Source: Calcarisporiella thermophila CBS 279.70 (lineage: Eukaryota > Fungi > Calcarisporiellomycota). Taken from it: 64,000 nt of DNA. Below, piece after piece: positions 1 to 12,664 of the stretch (positions within the stretch are counted from its first letter, which is position 1; every line of letters starts with the position of its first letter). A program made the position numbers and the translations under genes. A model generated the notes under the pieces. The model did not search any database and was not told where the DNA came from. It worked only from the letters and a program-made list of their open reading frames with translations. Where the stretch lies: the NCBI RefSeq assembly GCF_041956535.1, contig NW_027192205.1, positions 679,792 through 743,791 on the forward strand, read 5' to 3'.

Positions 1-742
1 TTGAAGTTGCTTACCTCAGATCGAAAAATCTGAATTTGAGACGAAAAGTACCCTCGGTTCGTACGCAGAGGTCCTGAAATATGAAAAAAATCCCAGGCTT
101 ATTGTCGAGATCGCGGAGACATAAGCCTGCCGTGACGTTAGAGCCCAAGAGATTGCGCGACAATGTGTACGGTTTTGTTTTGGAGGACTCGCGTTCGTCC
201 GTGGCCATATCGTTCACCGCAGCATTATTGGGTAGATTCACTACTAAATTCCGATGCATCTTCATGTTCGTTGACCATAAGTCGCACGTGGAAACGTAAA
301 AAGCCATATTAACTTGACTATTTTATTAATAATGAAGTTATAACTAAATCTTGCTGCGTCAAGAATTGGGAAGAAGAGAACAAGCATGGGGTGTGAACTG
401 AAGATGGTTTAGACTTAAATGGCTACTAACCTGATGTCGACAGATTTTCCGTCAGAATCATAGACAACAAGTCGCAATATTGGAGGTGGAGTTATTGGAC
501 AGCTACCCTAAAGTTGGAGAAAGAGAGGAGTAAGTGAATGTAACGCAAAAATAAATAAATAAATTAGCATACGGAGAACGAAAATAGAAACGAATCTACA
601 CGAGCAGAAAACTCAAATAAAAATGCATGTGAAGACGATGACAGAATGGAAATTCAGCTGCACTTACGTTGCTGTCAAAACCGCACATTAGACCACACGA
701 AGGTTGCTGGGCAACTAACAGCTCGTAGTCATAGCCAGCCAT
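1..742 (-). CDS. Velvet-domain protein (3' end runs off the window); exons 742-668, 507-431, 317-15
   Basis: Spliced translation MAGYDYELLVAQQP..MCGF..PITPPPILRL...RNLLGSNVTAGLCLRDLDNKPGIFFIFQDLCVRTEGTFRLKFRFFDL matches velvet motifs; canonical GT-AG introns keep the frame. Confidence 0.9.
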
Positions 743-1728
743 TGAATTCAAATTAGAGAATTGTCAAATACAGTTGAAAATAAGTGGGGTTAACTGATTG
801 CTAGGGATCTTGCCATAGTAAAGCAACACCGACATTACTTTGAGCAGAAAGGCCCTGACGTCGTTTTATAAATTTAGTTATTTTATTAAATCAATTTTCC
901 ATGACATTCGGGAGCACAAGATTTGCCATTATTGGAGATCTTCTCAATGGACGAGGATAGAACATTGTCTATATTCCAAGCCAAATTTCGCTAACAATTC
1001 ATGTGCACAACATTCTACATTGTTCTAGATAATCTGAAACACAAAACTACATGAAAGGAATACAATTTCTATCAATTTCCATCCGCCATTACGCCGGTGT
1101 GCGGAAGTGAGAAATGAAGCTAAACCGTCTATTAGTGCTTACCATTCTAATAAAAGGATAGCGCCATTAAGAGATATTCATCCTTCTTTATTTCTCTTTA
1201 CTCATATGGCGAACGTGATAAGCTTAATATGCTTGAGCGAACACGGGCCGTGGCGATGTTGTCATTCTGTACTTTCTTTTGTAAAAATATAAGCACAATA
1301 ACACCCTGCTCAACCAGTCTCTTTAAGATCTAGCGCCAGTTCATACTTCCAATGAGCTCTTGACGTCATCTAGCCTGGATCTCTGCATCCTTTTGAAGAG
1401 CCTAGTCCAATTTCAGGATTTTAGCAGCCAGTATTGAATTCAAAACAGCCCAAAAAGCAGATCGATTATGAAGCAGTTCAACTTTTTGCAATGAAAGAGA
1501 AGCAAACCCAATTTATTGAGTCCGAGATCCTAATGATTGGGGAAGGCCCTGTACTCGTTTCAAAGCAGGGAGAAAGCAAAGCATTATTCCAATATTTATT
1601 TGGGTTTAAGATGGGCAAAATGGAATTATACAATGAACTCGAGCTTAGGTTAGCTTAGGTTAAAAGCTGAATTCTTCATAAACGAGATATCGTGAGAACG
1701 CTTTTTGACACGATTCATCTATCGAAAA

Positions 1729-2404
1729 ATGCTCCGCACCTTATCTTCTCGCATCGTGAGTTCCTGGGCTCCGCAATACTCTAGGGTCGTTCGCGCCGCA
1801 CCTCATGCAACATTCTTCCGTGGCTATGCCGGTTGGCTCTTTAATTGATTGAACTTCAAACCTGCCGCTATAATTTTCCTTTTTTCGCATGCAGTAAAGA
1901 AATACACCAAAGACCATGAGTGGATCACTATTGAGGATAATGTTGGCACCATTGGAATAACTGATTACGCCCAAAAGGCGTTGGGCGATGTAGTATTTGT
2001 AGAAGTCCCGGAAGTTGGAACTTCTTTCGAAAGAGAAAGTAGATAACCTTGTATATTGGGGTTGTTGTCGACCAAAGAATTTTACTCAAGTTTTGTGAAT
2101 GATTGTTATATCCACAGGCCAAATCGGAGCCATCGAATCTGTCAAGGCCGCAAGTGATATCTTTGCCCCGGTGAGTGGCGAAGTTATCGAAGTTAATGAG
2201 GCATTGGCGACGGAGCCCAACCTTGTGAACAGGAGCCCAGAGCAAGACGGTGAGGATGCTATGCATAATTTTTTCATTTATTTTCGTTCATTATTGAATA
2301 TATCCCAATGAATAGGTTGGCTCGCAAAGGTTAAAATGACAAACTCTGAGGAAATCGACGAGTTGCTTGATGAGAATGAATATCGTCAACTGTGCGAGGA
2401 GTAA
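1729..2404 (+). CDS. GCV3: Glycine cleavage system H protein, mitochondrial (4 exons)
   Basis: [26 protein letters not shown], lipoyl-Lys motif ESVKAASD; Arg/Ser-rich presequence; last exon GWLAKVKM...CEE*. Confidence 0.95.
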
Positions 2405-2765
2405 AGCACTTTTCTCTAGGGTCGTTATGATTATAGAGAAATATATGGAGCTTCTTTTGTATTTATACCTATTCATTGGTATTTTTAACCTTCAACAATG
2501 GCAACAACAACTAGGTATATTTGTTTCTCCTAGGTTATATTAGACTATTTTGACTTTATGACAAGCGTTCACTTTGGTCATTCGTATCCCCAGTTGGGTC
2601 TTCTTAGTTACCCCAAGCAATTTGCAAATTTGGATAGAGGATTCCAATTAGAAGTCTTCGAGCTTTAAAGAACTCCTGCTGCGCCGCAAAATCAACAAAT
2701 AGAAATAACGTGTCAACACTGGAAAATTTTTTTGTTTATGATTCTCCTAGCTTCTTCTATTATTA

Positions 2766-3489
2766 ATGGGTGCACCAACATCCTCCTCGCTTGCCTCTAA
2801 GTCGCTACCGCCTCACAGTTCACTTGGTGACATCACACCAAATAATATCGGGCAGCTGCGTAAGCTGAATACGGTACTCTTCCCTGTTAAATATGATGAA
2901 AAATTCTACAAGGAGGTGTTAGAGGTTGGAGATTTTGCAAAGCTTGGTAAGTGATGCAATTCGAGATGATTGTGATGAGAGGGGGGGGGGGTTAAAAAGT
3001 GAAAGGGGAGGGGAGATGGTGATGAAATTGTTTGAAAATATAGCTCTAGAATTACCTTGAGCATTATTGCATTGATATGAAATCAAACATTCTGAATATG
3101 AAGTTTGACCTTTAGAATGAATATTTTTCGATGACACACTTGTTAATGGTACTTGCTATTTTTTGTTAGCCTACTACTATGACGTGTGTGTGGGCGCCAT
3201 CTGTTGCCGAAAAGAATTAACCCACTCTCCCCCACGACTCTACATAATGACCATTGGTGTTCTTGCACCCTACCGTAATCTCGGCATCGGCTCTGCTCTC
3301 CTTTCTTACGTCATCGAGCGTGCGCGGGCCGCCCATTACTCCGAGATCTATCTTCATCTCCAGGTATCCAACGAGGAAGCGCTTTCACTTTATACTCGGC
3401 ACGGATTTGAAGTCCGGGAGTTGGTGAAGAACTATTATAAGCGGATCGAGCCTGCCGATGCTCATCTGCTAGCATTAAAGCTTGAATAA
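2766..3489 (+). CDS. NAA50: N-alpha-acetyltransferase 50 (NatE catalytic subunit, GNAT); 2 exons
   Basis: LGDITPNNIGQLRKLNTVLFPVKY, VGAICCR, RLYIMTIGVLAPYRNLGIGS, YYKRIEPADA; intron about 2947-3169. Confidence 0.92.
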
Positions 3490-4872
3490 TAAGTTCACTG
3501 CTACACTGTTATTCTTCATGTATAAATTCTCCTTGCATGTATATAATATCTCTTTATATTATTAACTCTTAGAGAAGAGAGTGTGTGAGACAATAGAAAT
3601 ATATGCTTTCTGCACGGGTTTAGAGAGGAAAAACAAACATTGGATGTCCATACTCGAGCCATGGATCTGTAGCTATATTGCTTTGGAGTGAAATTGCACT
3701 TTTGTGGAAGGGACGAGGTGCGCAGAAGGAAAATAATTCCGATTATCCGGATAATTTGGGCAAAATATTGAACCGAACTTTAAACGAGAGGGGATAAGAT
3801 TCCCAGGCTACTTATGCACAAATGTATACCTGATTTCAACAGAGGCAATTAAAAGAAAACATAATCTCCCTGCACAGATATCTCTTTTGATCCAAGGATA
3901 AGGGAAGTTGGGCGATAAAGCATGCAATGTAAGTTAGATCGAGATTCGGCCACTGTAATACCGGAGGATCAACTTCAAAACCTCCTGTGGGGACGGCACT
4001 GAGTCAATGCAATCTTAGCACTTCACACGCTAATGGAAGACTTCCTCTGGGTAATTCGCACTTTACATTGTTCTCAGGAGATTTCAATAATATTTGACCG
4101 ATACGTTTAGCAAAATAGAGTGTGTTTTTGATATTTCACGTGACCTCTTCTGGGGTAAACCTTACCACTCTCTTTTATGAAGCCATGGTTATCGAACTTG
4201 ACTCAAAGAAACTACCCTATAAATATATAAGAGTCATGGAGTTAGTCATTTGTTAGTTTGAATTGAGCTGATCTGATTGACTTGGATGACCATTACCGGA
4301 AATTGGCCGAATTTCAGCTAATATCAGCTGGAGAGATGGGGGTGGAACAAGTGAGAGATTCAATTGGATGGGTAAATGAAAGAAAACAGGCATGCAAATA
4401 TCTGTAGATATCAATTTTGCCTGACCATCAAGCAGGATGGAAAAAAAGGGGACAGATTTTCTAGGTCATATCTCTGCATCCGTGCGATTTACGAGGAACA
4501 GGCGACTTAGGAGATCGTCGGGATTATTGGAGAAAATGAAAACCACACGTGAGAGGAACAGGGCGCGAATGCAGGATGAAGCCGAAGATCCCTGCCTCTA
4601 ATGCAGAAACCACAAGCTCATCATCTATCCGATTGCTGGCAGAAATCATTATGGCATAGCCAATACTTAGTGCCAATTCGAAAATCTGTCCATCCAGCTC
4701 CCTCTGAAGAGGAACTAGCTCACATAAGCATAGAGTGGGAGAAAAAAAAGGCATTAATGGGGTATAAATATATCCCGCCCGTGCTTTGGAGGCAGAAGAA
4801 GGGAAAAAATTAAGAAAAAAAAATAAGTTTATAACTATGCTACGAATACGTCAAAGTTTTCAGAGATTAAGT

Positions 4873-5376
4873 ATGTTGTCTTCCTACACCCTCATCCTCC
4901 TTCTCCTAATCATCTCCTCTTGCACCACTGCATCCCCACTCTCTCCCCGACAGACATTGACAAGACATAAATCTTGTAAAAATGTATTACTTCATCTTTC
5001 TGTCTATCGCTCACCCAACTATCAGGACTGGGTAGACACGTACTACTCCCTGGCTCAGAATGAGTGCTCGAATTTTCAGAATATGTTTACAAGGATTCAG
5101 TCCTACACGACAGTGAAGGACCTTCGCGTTAGGTTCTATTCGAGGTGGGACTGTTCGGGTAGAGAGGTGTATGAAAATGTGGGAAGCGTTGAGTCACTGA
5201 ACATCACGGCAGCATCGTTTCGTGTTAATTGTAAGCAGGGAATTAGAGAAGAGGAGGAGGGGGAGGAGAATCAGCAGCAGCTGCAACTACAGCAGCAACA
5301 AGAGCCAGAAGAGGAGGCGGAGGAGGGAGAGGAGGAGGAGGAGAGAGAGGGGGAGGATACGAAGAAAGAAAAGTAG
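4873..5376 (+). CDS. Small secreted protein with a Cys-containing core and a Glu/Gln-rich acidic tail
   Basis: Hydrophobic signal MLSSYTLILLLLIISSCTTA; core NEC.N...VRFYSRWDCSG...AASFRVNC; poly-E/Q C-terminus. Confidence 0.7.
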   Translation: MLSSYTLILLLLIISSCTTASPLSPRQTLTRHKSCKNVLLHLSVYRSPNYQDWVDTYYSLAQNECSNFQNMFTRIQSYTTVKDLRVRFYSRWDCSGREVYENVGSVESLNITAASFRVNCKQGIREEEEGEENQQQLQLQQQQEPEEEAEEGEEEEEREGEDTKKEK

Positions 5377-6973
5377 CACTTTATTGTATTCTTGTACATT
5401 GCATATTCTCTCTTGATATTTGCGAAAACACCATAGCACTATATAAGCTGTATCGCCAATGGCACCTCAATTAATCCCTAGCTTGTGTTTGTCGGCTTTG
5501 TGTTTTTCTTCTCTCGTTGGAATACTGTACCATACTCTTTTTTGTGGTGTATCATGGAATAAATTGCTGATCAATGATTACAGGCCATGGATCACATGTC
5601 CGCTTTCAGGTGTGAAGGGTATGTAGGCGGCGGCATAAGTCCTTTACCAAATGCGTTTTTCGGAGCTGGCCATTTATCCTACTATTTTGTTAATGTACAC
5701 CTCTTCACATCACTTTTGAAACTGCAACAGCTAGGGCTAAAGGGAGAGTAAGAAGAGAGTTGATAGGAATATACGCAACTATCTGATTAAATCTAGCATT
5801 AGCCCTGGAAAGCCAAAGGGGCAATTGAATGCTCCTTTAAAGTAACTACAGGATTTACAAATGCATTTTCACCATATTATTTATCCTGGCGCTTTCATCA
5901 TGAACAATTTTGGAATCCATTATCTGATTAAACGGAAAAGGATTTTTTTTTGTTTAGGAGTGCGAGAGCTAGATCAAGGTGCATTTCGGACATATGAGAA
6001 GCCAAGAAGAGGATAGTGTTAATTGAAATGGAAGAGTGAACGGTTTGACCTATGGTAGAGGCTGCGAGGTTCACTTGAGCCATGCGGCTCTTGAACCCTT
6101 CAGTAAGACTTGGCAAGCATAAGAATCGTATTTCCTGTTTGCCACCCAGGTTGGCGGCCGTTCTACTAGCGCCGAGGACATGCGCTTCCTAATTGTGGTG
6201 GGTACAGTGTTTATTTGCGTTAACCTTGCTGTATGTCCTACGGAACACGGTGCTCTTGTGAGAGCAGATGAAGCTTGGGGAATCTTCTTTAGAGTTAACT
6301 CCAAGTGATTTACATCGATTCTAGTCTCAATCCTTCGTCTCTAGCTCATGTAGAATAAAAGGATCAAGATGCCACTCCTCTATTTCTCTTCCTTTATGCG
6401 GATAAACATAAACCCTTAAATGCGATCGCGATGCAAACGATGAATCAATATGATCTTGAGTGTTTTTATTTTATCAAAAACATATTTGCCAATTAAAGAG
6501 ATTGCTGCTCAAATCCTTGGAGGCGTGAACTGGAGGGTGAGGGCATGAGACAAAGAAGCGTATATTGGCTTGTTTTTCTACCAATAGTCTGAATGCCATT
6601 ACTCTAGTCAAAGCTCCCTGAGAGTGCATTTGGATGGGGAATTAATACACCGTGCTTATTCCAATGATTAAAATTCTTTCCCGAATTAAACCCTAAAATC
6701 AGTCCATCCAGCCCAATCCAAGCCGTCTCTCAGATCTTTCCTCGATGGTGTGACAGGCGATAAGACAGTAAATAAATGCTGTTTTTGCATTGATATTTTT
6801 TTTCTGCTTATTAATGTAGCCGTCTATGTTTTACTAGCTTCTCTTCTCTGTTCGATACTTCATATTTATATATATATATATCCATATATCTGTTGTAGGA
6901 CATTCTTTAGGTTCCGTCGGCTCTTGTAGTTTTTAGACATTTTCTTTTTTAAATCGATTATTTCATCATCGAG

Positions 6974-8256
6974 ATGCTGCCTCCGGAAAAGATTGTAGAA
7001 GTATCTGCTAATCTTCTACGCAAGGAAGCCAACGCACTTATGGATCTTGCCAATCGAGTAGAAAGCGCGGAAATGGGTGAGAATTATAGCCGCTCTATCT
7101 ACCGATTGTTTAGAGCACTTGAACGGGGAGGGAAAATTGTGGTGACTGGAGTGGGAAAAAGCGGACGAATTGGCGAAAAGCTGGTTGCGACTCTGCAGTC
7201 GACTGGTAACTAGCAACTTATTTGAAGGAAGTTTGCAGAACAAGACTAGATGGCTCACTTTTGTTTGAACCTGGTCATTGTTGTATTGTAGGATCTTGCG
7301 CTGTCTTTCTTCATGCTGTAGAAGCTCTTCACGGCGATTTGGGACTGATTCATTCTCACGACGTAGTGCTTGCTCTCTCCTACTCTGGCAATACAGATGA
7401 AATTCTCCGTCTACTTCCTTCTATCAAGCTTCGCGGTGTCACCATCGTAGGGATGGGAGGAAACAGCAATTCCCTATTGGCACGTAGCAGTGATGCGTGG
7501 ATCGACACCTACGTCGAATCCGAAGCATATCCTGACATTCCTGCCCCCACTTCTTCTGCAACTGCGATGCTAGCGATGGGCCATGCCGTTGCAATGACCT
7601 TAGCCCAGCTGCGGAATTTCTCGTCTCATCATTTTGCGATGAATCACCCTGGTGGATCGCTCGGCCGTCGACTTCTTATGCGTGTAGAGGAAATAGCACT
7701 GAAAGAGGTTGCCATGGTTGAGACAGATGCCACAATGGATATGGTGATGCGAGAATTTACACGTGTACACCGCCCGGGATGTGTGCTCGTTATGGAGACG
7801 AATCCTCGATCTCGGTCCCACTCCCCATTTCTCCCTGCACTAATTTCGTCCACTGATTTCACGCCCCCCACTACCCCTATACCTAAAGAAGATGATGATA
7901 TGACTCCGGCTGAGGTGACAACGCCCAATCGCACTCTACCCTCGGAAACGACGGGCGAGCCTGCACCGCTGGGAGCGCGGCTCGCGGGCATCATTACGAT
8001 GGGGGACGTGAGACGTGCCCTTGAGGGTCGGGAAAAAATGTTTCATTTGCGTGCCTCCGACATCATGTCCTCGGATCCGATCATTTGTAGGGTGGATGAT
8101 TTGGCATGCGAGGCCAAAAAGGTAATGGAGGAGAATGGGCTGGCTAGCAAGGGCAACCCAGAGCTTAAAAAGCCCTTGCCCTGTCTACCCGTGACGGATG
8201 ATAAGAACCAGCTGGTGGGAGTGGTCACCCTAAAGGATTTATTAGAACTCTTTTAA
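6974..8256 (+). CDS. KpsF/GutQ-family sugar-phosphate isomerase (SIS + CBS domains); intron 7206-7291
   Basis: VVTGVGKSGRIGEKLVATLQSTG, FLHAVEALHGDLG, LSYSGNTDE, APTSSATAMLAMG, HPGGSLG, then CBS motifs (GIITMGDVRR; LPVTDDKNQLVGVVTLKDLL). Confidence 0.9.
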
Positions 8257-8728
8257 ATTTTCAATCTCAATATCAACCCGTGCATCCATACATCTCTTTA
8301 GTTAAATAATTGCTTGTCTTTTTTATTTCCGCTGAGGCTTGTATTTTTTACCGTTTATTGGATATCTTTGTTGTTATTTTCCAGTGTTCTATTTACCACC
8401 TTTTTTGTTCTTTCTATTCTATTTTGATCATAGCGTTCTTCTTGTTTATCTCCATATGTATCCAATTAAATTTGGATTATGTTGCTCCACTATCTCCCGC
8501 CCGGATTTCCTCCTTTATCCTCCCTATTTCATTGTATACTCGATTCCTTCAATATAGATTGTCAATCTCAACTTTATAAAAGTCAGCAGCTCTGCGCTTA
8601 ATAAAACAGCCATATATTGGATGTTGAACAGCGAAGATAGAAATACAGTTACAAAGGAGGAGGGCGGGGGAAGGAAGTGTATTAGAGTTTCTTTACGTCC
8701 AAGCGAGGCGAGTAGAGAGCACATAAAC

Positions 8729-9952
8729 TCATGAAATGGACACCGGGGTAGAATGGCAAAATGAGTGCGCCTCAGTGGAGCTTCCGGGAGGGCTGAAGTC
8801 CTCCGAGATCGGAGCCAGTCCATTTTGCAGTTTTTCCTCGGACCTGGAGGAGGCCAGACTCATGTTGAATAGAGTCGAGATGAACTCGCTAGGGCAAGAG
8901 TTGCTGCGGGTCAGCGGAACAGCCTGCATTTCTTGGTGCATGACAGAGGGGTCGAAAGAGGCGGTCAATGGAGCGGTCAGCGGGGGGGCAGATGGAATTT
9001 CAAGCTTCTCGATGGGAGATGGGGTCGGAGGGCCGGGATATCCAGGGTAGGAGAGGTGGGTGTGCACATGGGTTGGAAAGGAAGCCCTGGACACGGACGA
9101 AGAAGCGTGGAATTCGTAATACATATCAAGGGGGGCGAGGCAGCCTGCTGTTGTGTCGATCCAACTGCAGGCCGGAGGAGGGGGTCGCGGGATGTCGCCC
9201 TCGTCGTTTCTGCCCGTCTCAATGGAAAGCGTGCGGCTGTCTAATGGGTGTACCGACGGGTAGAGAGGAGGGGCCGAAGGAAGAGCATGCTGCGGCAAGG
9301 GCGGCTGCAATGGATAAGTCGGGGAGATGAGAGGCCGGTCCACGGGCAAGCTTGCCGAGTCTTGACTTTTGTCCGAATCCGAGGAGCTTCTCCTCGACAC
9401 ATCCTCTTGATACTCCTGGTCTGCCTCGTCACCCTCCGCGCTCGCTTCCTCCTCTCCAACCACCACATCGGACACCAGCCGGATATAGCCCACGTCTTCG
9501 GCCTTCAGTCCTCCTGCTCTCTCTCCCTGCAACTCGCCCGCCTTTCCGGCCGCCCCTTCCGCTCTTTTTTTCGCCTTGGCTCTCCGATTCTGGAACCAGA
9601 TCTGCACGTTCCGGGGGGTCATGTTGAGCTTGCAGGCCAACTCGCGCCGGGTGGCATTGCTCGGCTTGGGGTTTTCCTTGAAGGCGCGCTCAAGGATCCG
9701 GAACTGGGATTTGCTTGTTCGTCTGCGGTGCTTGATTTCGAATGGATTGTAGAAAGTCGGCTTGAAGTCAACTTCTGGAGGGGCGGCGGGAGGTTTAGGC
9801 GAAATGCCCGCGCTGGTGGTGGCGAAGGCGGGGGCGGGTGTTAGGGTGCTTGTATTTACGTTTGACCAGTAGGTGAGCGGTGACGACTCGCTTGTCTGTG
9901 CGGCCGGCGGGCTGGATGCTGTTGCCGTTGTGTAGGGCAAAGCAAAGTTCAT
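8729..9952 (-). CDS. Homeodomain transcription factor
   Basis: KHRRRTSKSQFRILERAFKENPKP...RNVQIWFQNRRAKAKK homeobox; Pro/Ser-rich remainder. Confidence 0.92.
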   Translation of the reverse strand: MNFALPYTTATASSPPAAQTSESSPLTYWSNVNTSTLTPAPAFATTSAGISPKPPAAPPEVDFKPTFYNPFEIKHRRRTSKSQFRILERAFKENPKPSNATRRELACKLNMTPRNVQIWFQNRRAKAKKRAEGAAGKAGELQGERAGGLKAEDVGYIRLVSDVVVGEEEASAEGDEADQEYQEDVSRRSSSDSDKSQDSASLPVDRPLISPTYPLQPPLPQHALPSAPPLYPSVHPLDSRTLSIETGRNDEGDIPRPPPPACSWIDTTAGCLAPLDMYYEFHASSSVSRASFPTHVHTHLSYPGYPGPPTPSPIEKLEIPSAPPLTAPLTASFDPSVMHQEMQAVPLTRSNSCPSEFISTLFNMSLASSRSEEKLQNGLAPISEDFSPPGSSTEAHSFCHSTPVSIS

Positions 9953-12664
9953 GATTCAAGCAATAGGAAGTAGATTTACAAATAAAAAGACAATTCACAT
10001 AAAATAAGACAAGCTATAAGCAAATTAAACGGATAAAGTGTAGGCTCGAGTGTGTGTCCGGCTCGAGGGATTGACGGAAATATAACCACTGAATATTGGC
10101 TTGGTAGATAGGTGGATAGATATATATATGAGTATGTATATGTATCTATATGTAAAGCAATAGGCACGAAACTATTTTGCACTGAGTATTAAATAAGAGG
10201 GTTGACGAGGGCAAGACCAAAGAGAACAATGAGAATGATTATGAGATGCGAATGAGCAAAAGCGAGAAAAAACGGAAGACAGAAGTGAAAAGTGAAGTGG
10301 AGGAGACGGAGGAGGGTAGGAGAAGTGGAAAGAAGCAGCAGGTTGTAATAAGAAAAGATAACTTTGTCAAAAGAACCAGTATGAACAGAGAGGGAAAAAA
10401 AAAATCGAGAGAAGAGAAAGCTTAAGTCGTCTCCTTTATAAGAAAAACCTGCCAACTATCTCGTTCTTGTTTAATTTTTTTGGCAGTTTTGTAATGTATA
10501 TAGTAAGCAAGAAAAGAAAAGAGGCGTCAGTTCTTACATTATTATGATTTGCATGCAGGGAGGCGGGGTGGAGGAGGGGGTCGTCTCTTTTCTTAAAAAA
10601 GCAGGAACTCAAACAGGAACATGTAATGACTGCATAGAGGATTTCGGGAGTGTTATGTTTGTGCTTTTTTTGTTGACGTGATGCAATCCATCAACGAGAA
10701 GTTATATTATGGCCCACTCACCTTTGAATCGAGTGTCTCGGATCTAGGGTTCCAGGTAAAAATAAAGCGTCTCCGTGGTTAATTTGGTCGATCTCGACTA
10801 TCCGCCAAGTCCCTCCAGTCGATCCGATGCTGAGAGCACCAGGCGCTAGGTCCCAGGCGCCATGCTGCGCTGCTTGGTTCGCGGCGATCCGCCCGCAACC
10901 GTGACGGCAGCGGCGGTGGTGGTGGTAGCAGTAGCGACATTCGCGGCGCTGCCAGTATTAGCGCTGGTAGAGGTATCCGCGAAAGAGACCCAGAACGGCA
11001 TGTCTACGGAGAAGTGATGTTTCGTGGAACATTCGCGCCCGTTCTGTGATCTTCCTTGGTTGTACATCAGAATCACGGGGAAAATGCATCCTAGGCCAAA
11101 GGCCTATGATTCCACCTTTGTTTCTTATTTATTCTTCTCACACCACTGCCACTCAGACCAAGCCAGAGCATACGCCCCGGTCCTCGTCCGTGGATTACAC
11201 TTGGGCCAAGAGTGGCTAGTTTCATAGGCGGCGAGTTTGGCCTTCCGAGGGATGGAATGGATACTGCGGTTTGAGAGTTAAATTAAGAGGTCGAAAGTGG
11301 ACGCGCCTTGTTCAATGGGAGAAGAAGGGGTTGCTGACGAGCCAAACCTGTCCAGCTGGGGCCGTGGGCCAAATGAATAACCGTCTCGGGCAGATATGCT
11401 TGGGAAGGCAATTGCGGAGGTTTTTCTCCCTCCTCTGAAATCGGTGGGAATCCGCATCCTCCTGGGTTTCCTTAATTGGCCATTGCTGATCGGTAAGACA
11501 CTTTCTCATCGATTTAAGCTCTGGCTTAGCCATAGGAGGTTTGTTTGTGTTCGGTGGAGGTCGGAGAGGGCAGGATAGGACTTGCTGCTGGCCCGGAGCT
11601 GGACTGCGTCGAGGCTCGCGCTGATTCATTTCGGGGAATGGAAGCAGAAATCAAGGCCCTCGATGCGGCCCTTCCCCCTCCTCCTCCGAGCTTGGGCCAA
11701 ACATTTCGGCTTTAATCCAGGCCGGCTACATAACGAGCATTAAAACCGTGTCCGTTGATATGAAACGGTTCTACATGTGCTTTTTGTAGCATGGAAGAGG
11801 GCCAAATGAAACACCCGTTTTGAGCATTTGGGGAAGCAGAGAGCGTCTCTGCCCCGTAGCCACCCCAAGCATACGAGCTCATGCTGCCGGCCTGTTCGGT
11901 GCGAGAGTGCGCCCGGCCTCCTCTCTGGCTTGGCGACCGGGCCAAGGGGGCAAGCCCGGCCGTGATACGCACGTCGTCGAGTACGAGGCTCTTTTGCGTA
12001 CATAGCCACATTTCCAAATCCTGCAAACTTAAGATTCGAGACACGACGGGAAAACCATTGGCATTCGTCATCCGAAGAAACATTTGTTTGTATTTGGTAT
12101 AGAGGAGCTGGACGGAGTGGGAGAGGGCGGGGAGCACTAGCAATGGAGGGCGAGCACAAAAGCGTTGCACCGCTAGACAAAAGCAGTCATAGTTCTTCGT
12201 CTGAAGCAAAGCGTGTAGGACGAGTCTGCTGCGGACCCGAGCCTGGCTACCACAAACCATGCTTGCGCTGTCAACTTATTAACACAGAATCCGCCTGGAC
12301 TGGGCAAAGAGGAATAAGCGTCTTGTTCAAACTCCATCCTGGCCACTCAAGTGTGAAGAGATACAAAGTTCCCAAATAATTAAACATAAGAAAAAGAGAA
12401 GGCGAAAAGCAAAAAAAAAAGAAAGAGTAGAGGGAGGAAAGAGAATATTACATCCGTTGTATGGGTAGAATAGCAAAGGAAAAAAGGAAAGACGGCATTA
12501 TATGATTAGAAAAGAGAATGTTCAATAGCGGAATAAAGATAATAGTATAAAAGCATTTTCTAGAAAAAGTAAAACATATCTATGAATATAATTACAGTCT
12601 AGCAAAGGTTGAGTGTTTCTTTTTTTCCTGCGTCTTCGGGCTCGTGTTCGATGATTCGACTGGT

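Noticed and set aside
8736-9844. Multiple plus-strand ORFs overlapping the homeodomain gene
   Set aside because: Antisense or shifted-frame shadows of a GC-rich CDS with no recognisable motifs
8729-9952. Homeodomain gene as a mating-type locus
   Set aside because: No partner HD or HMG gene and no typical MAT-flanking genes; it looks like an ordinary homeobox TF
11312-12379. ORFs of 105-182 aa between the two TF genes
   Set aside because: No domain-like content, and overlapping ORFs on both strands are expected in GC-rich DNA
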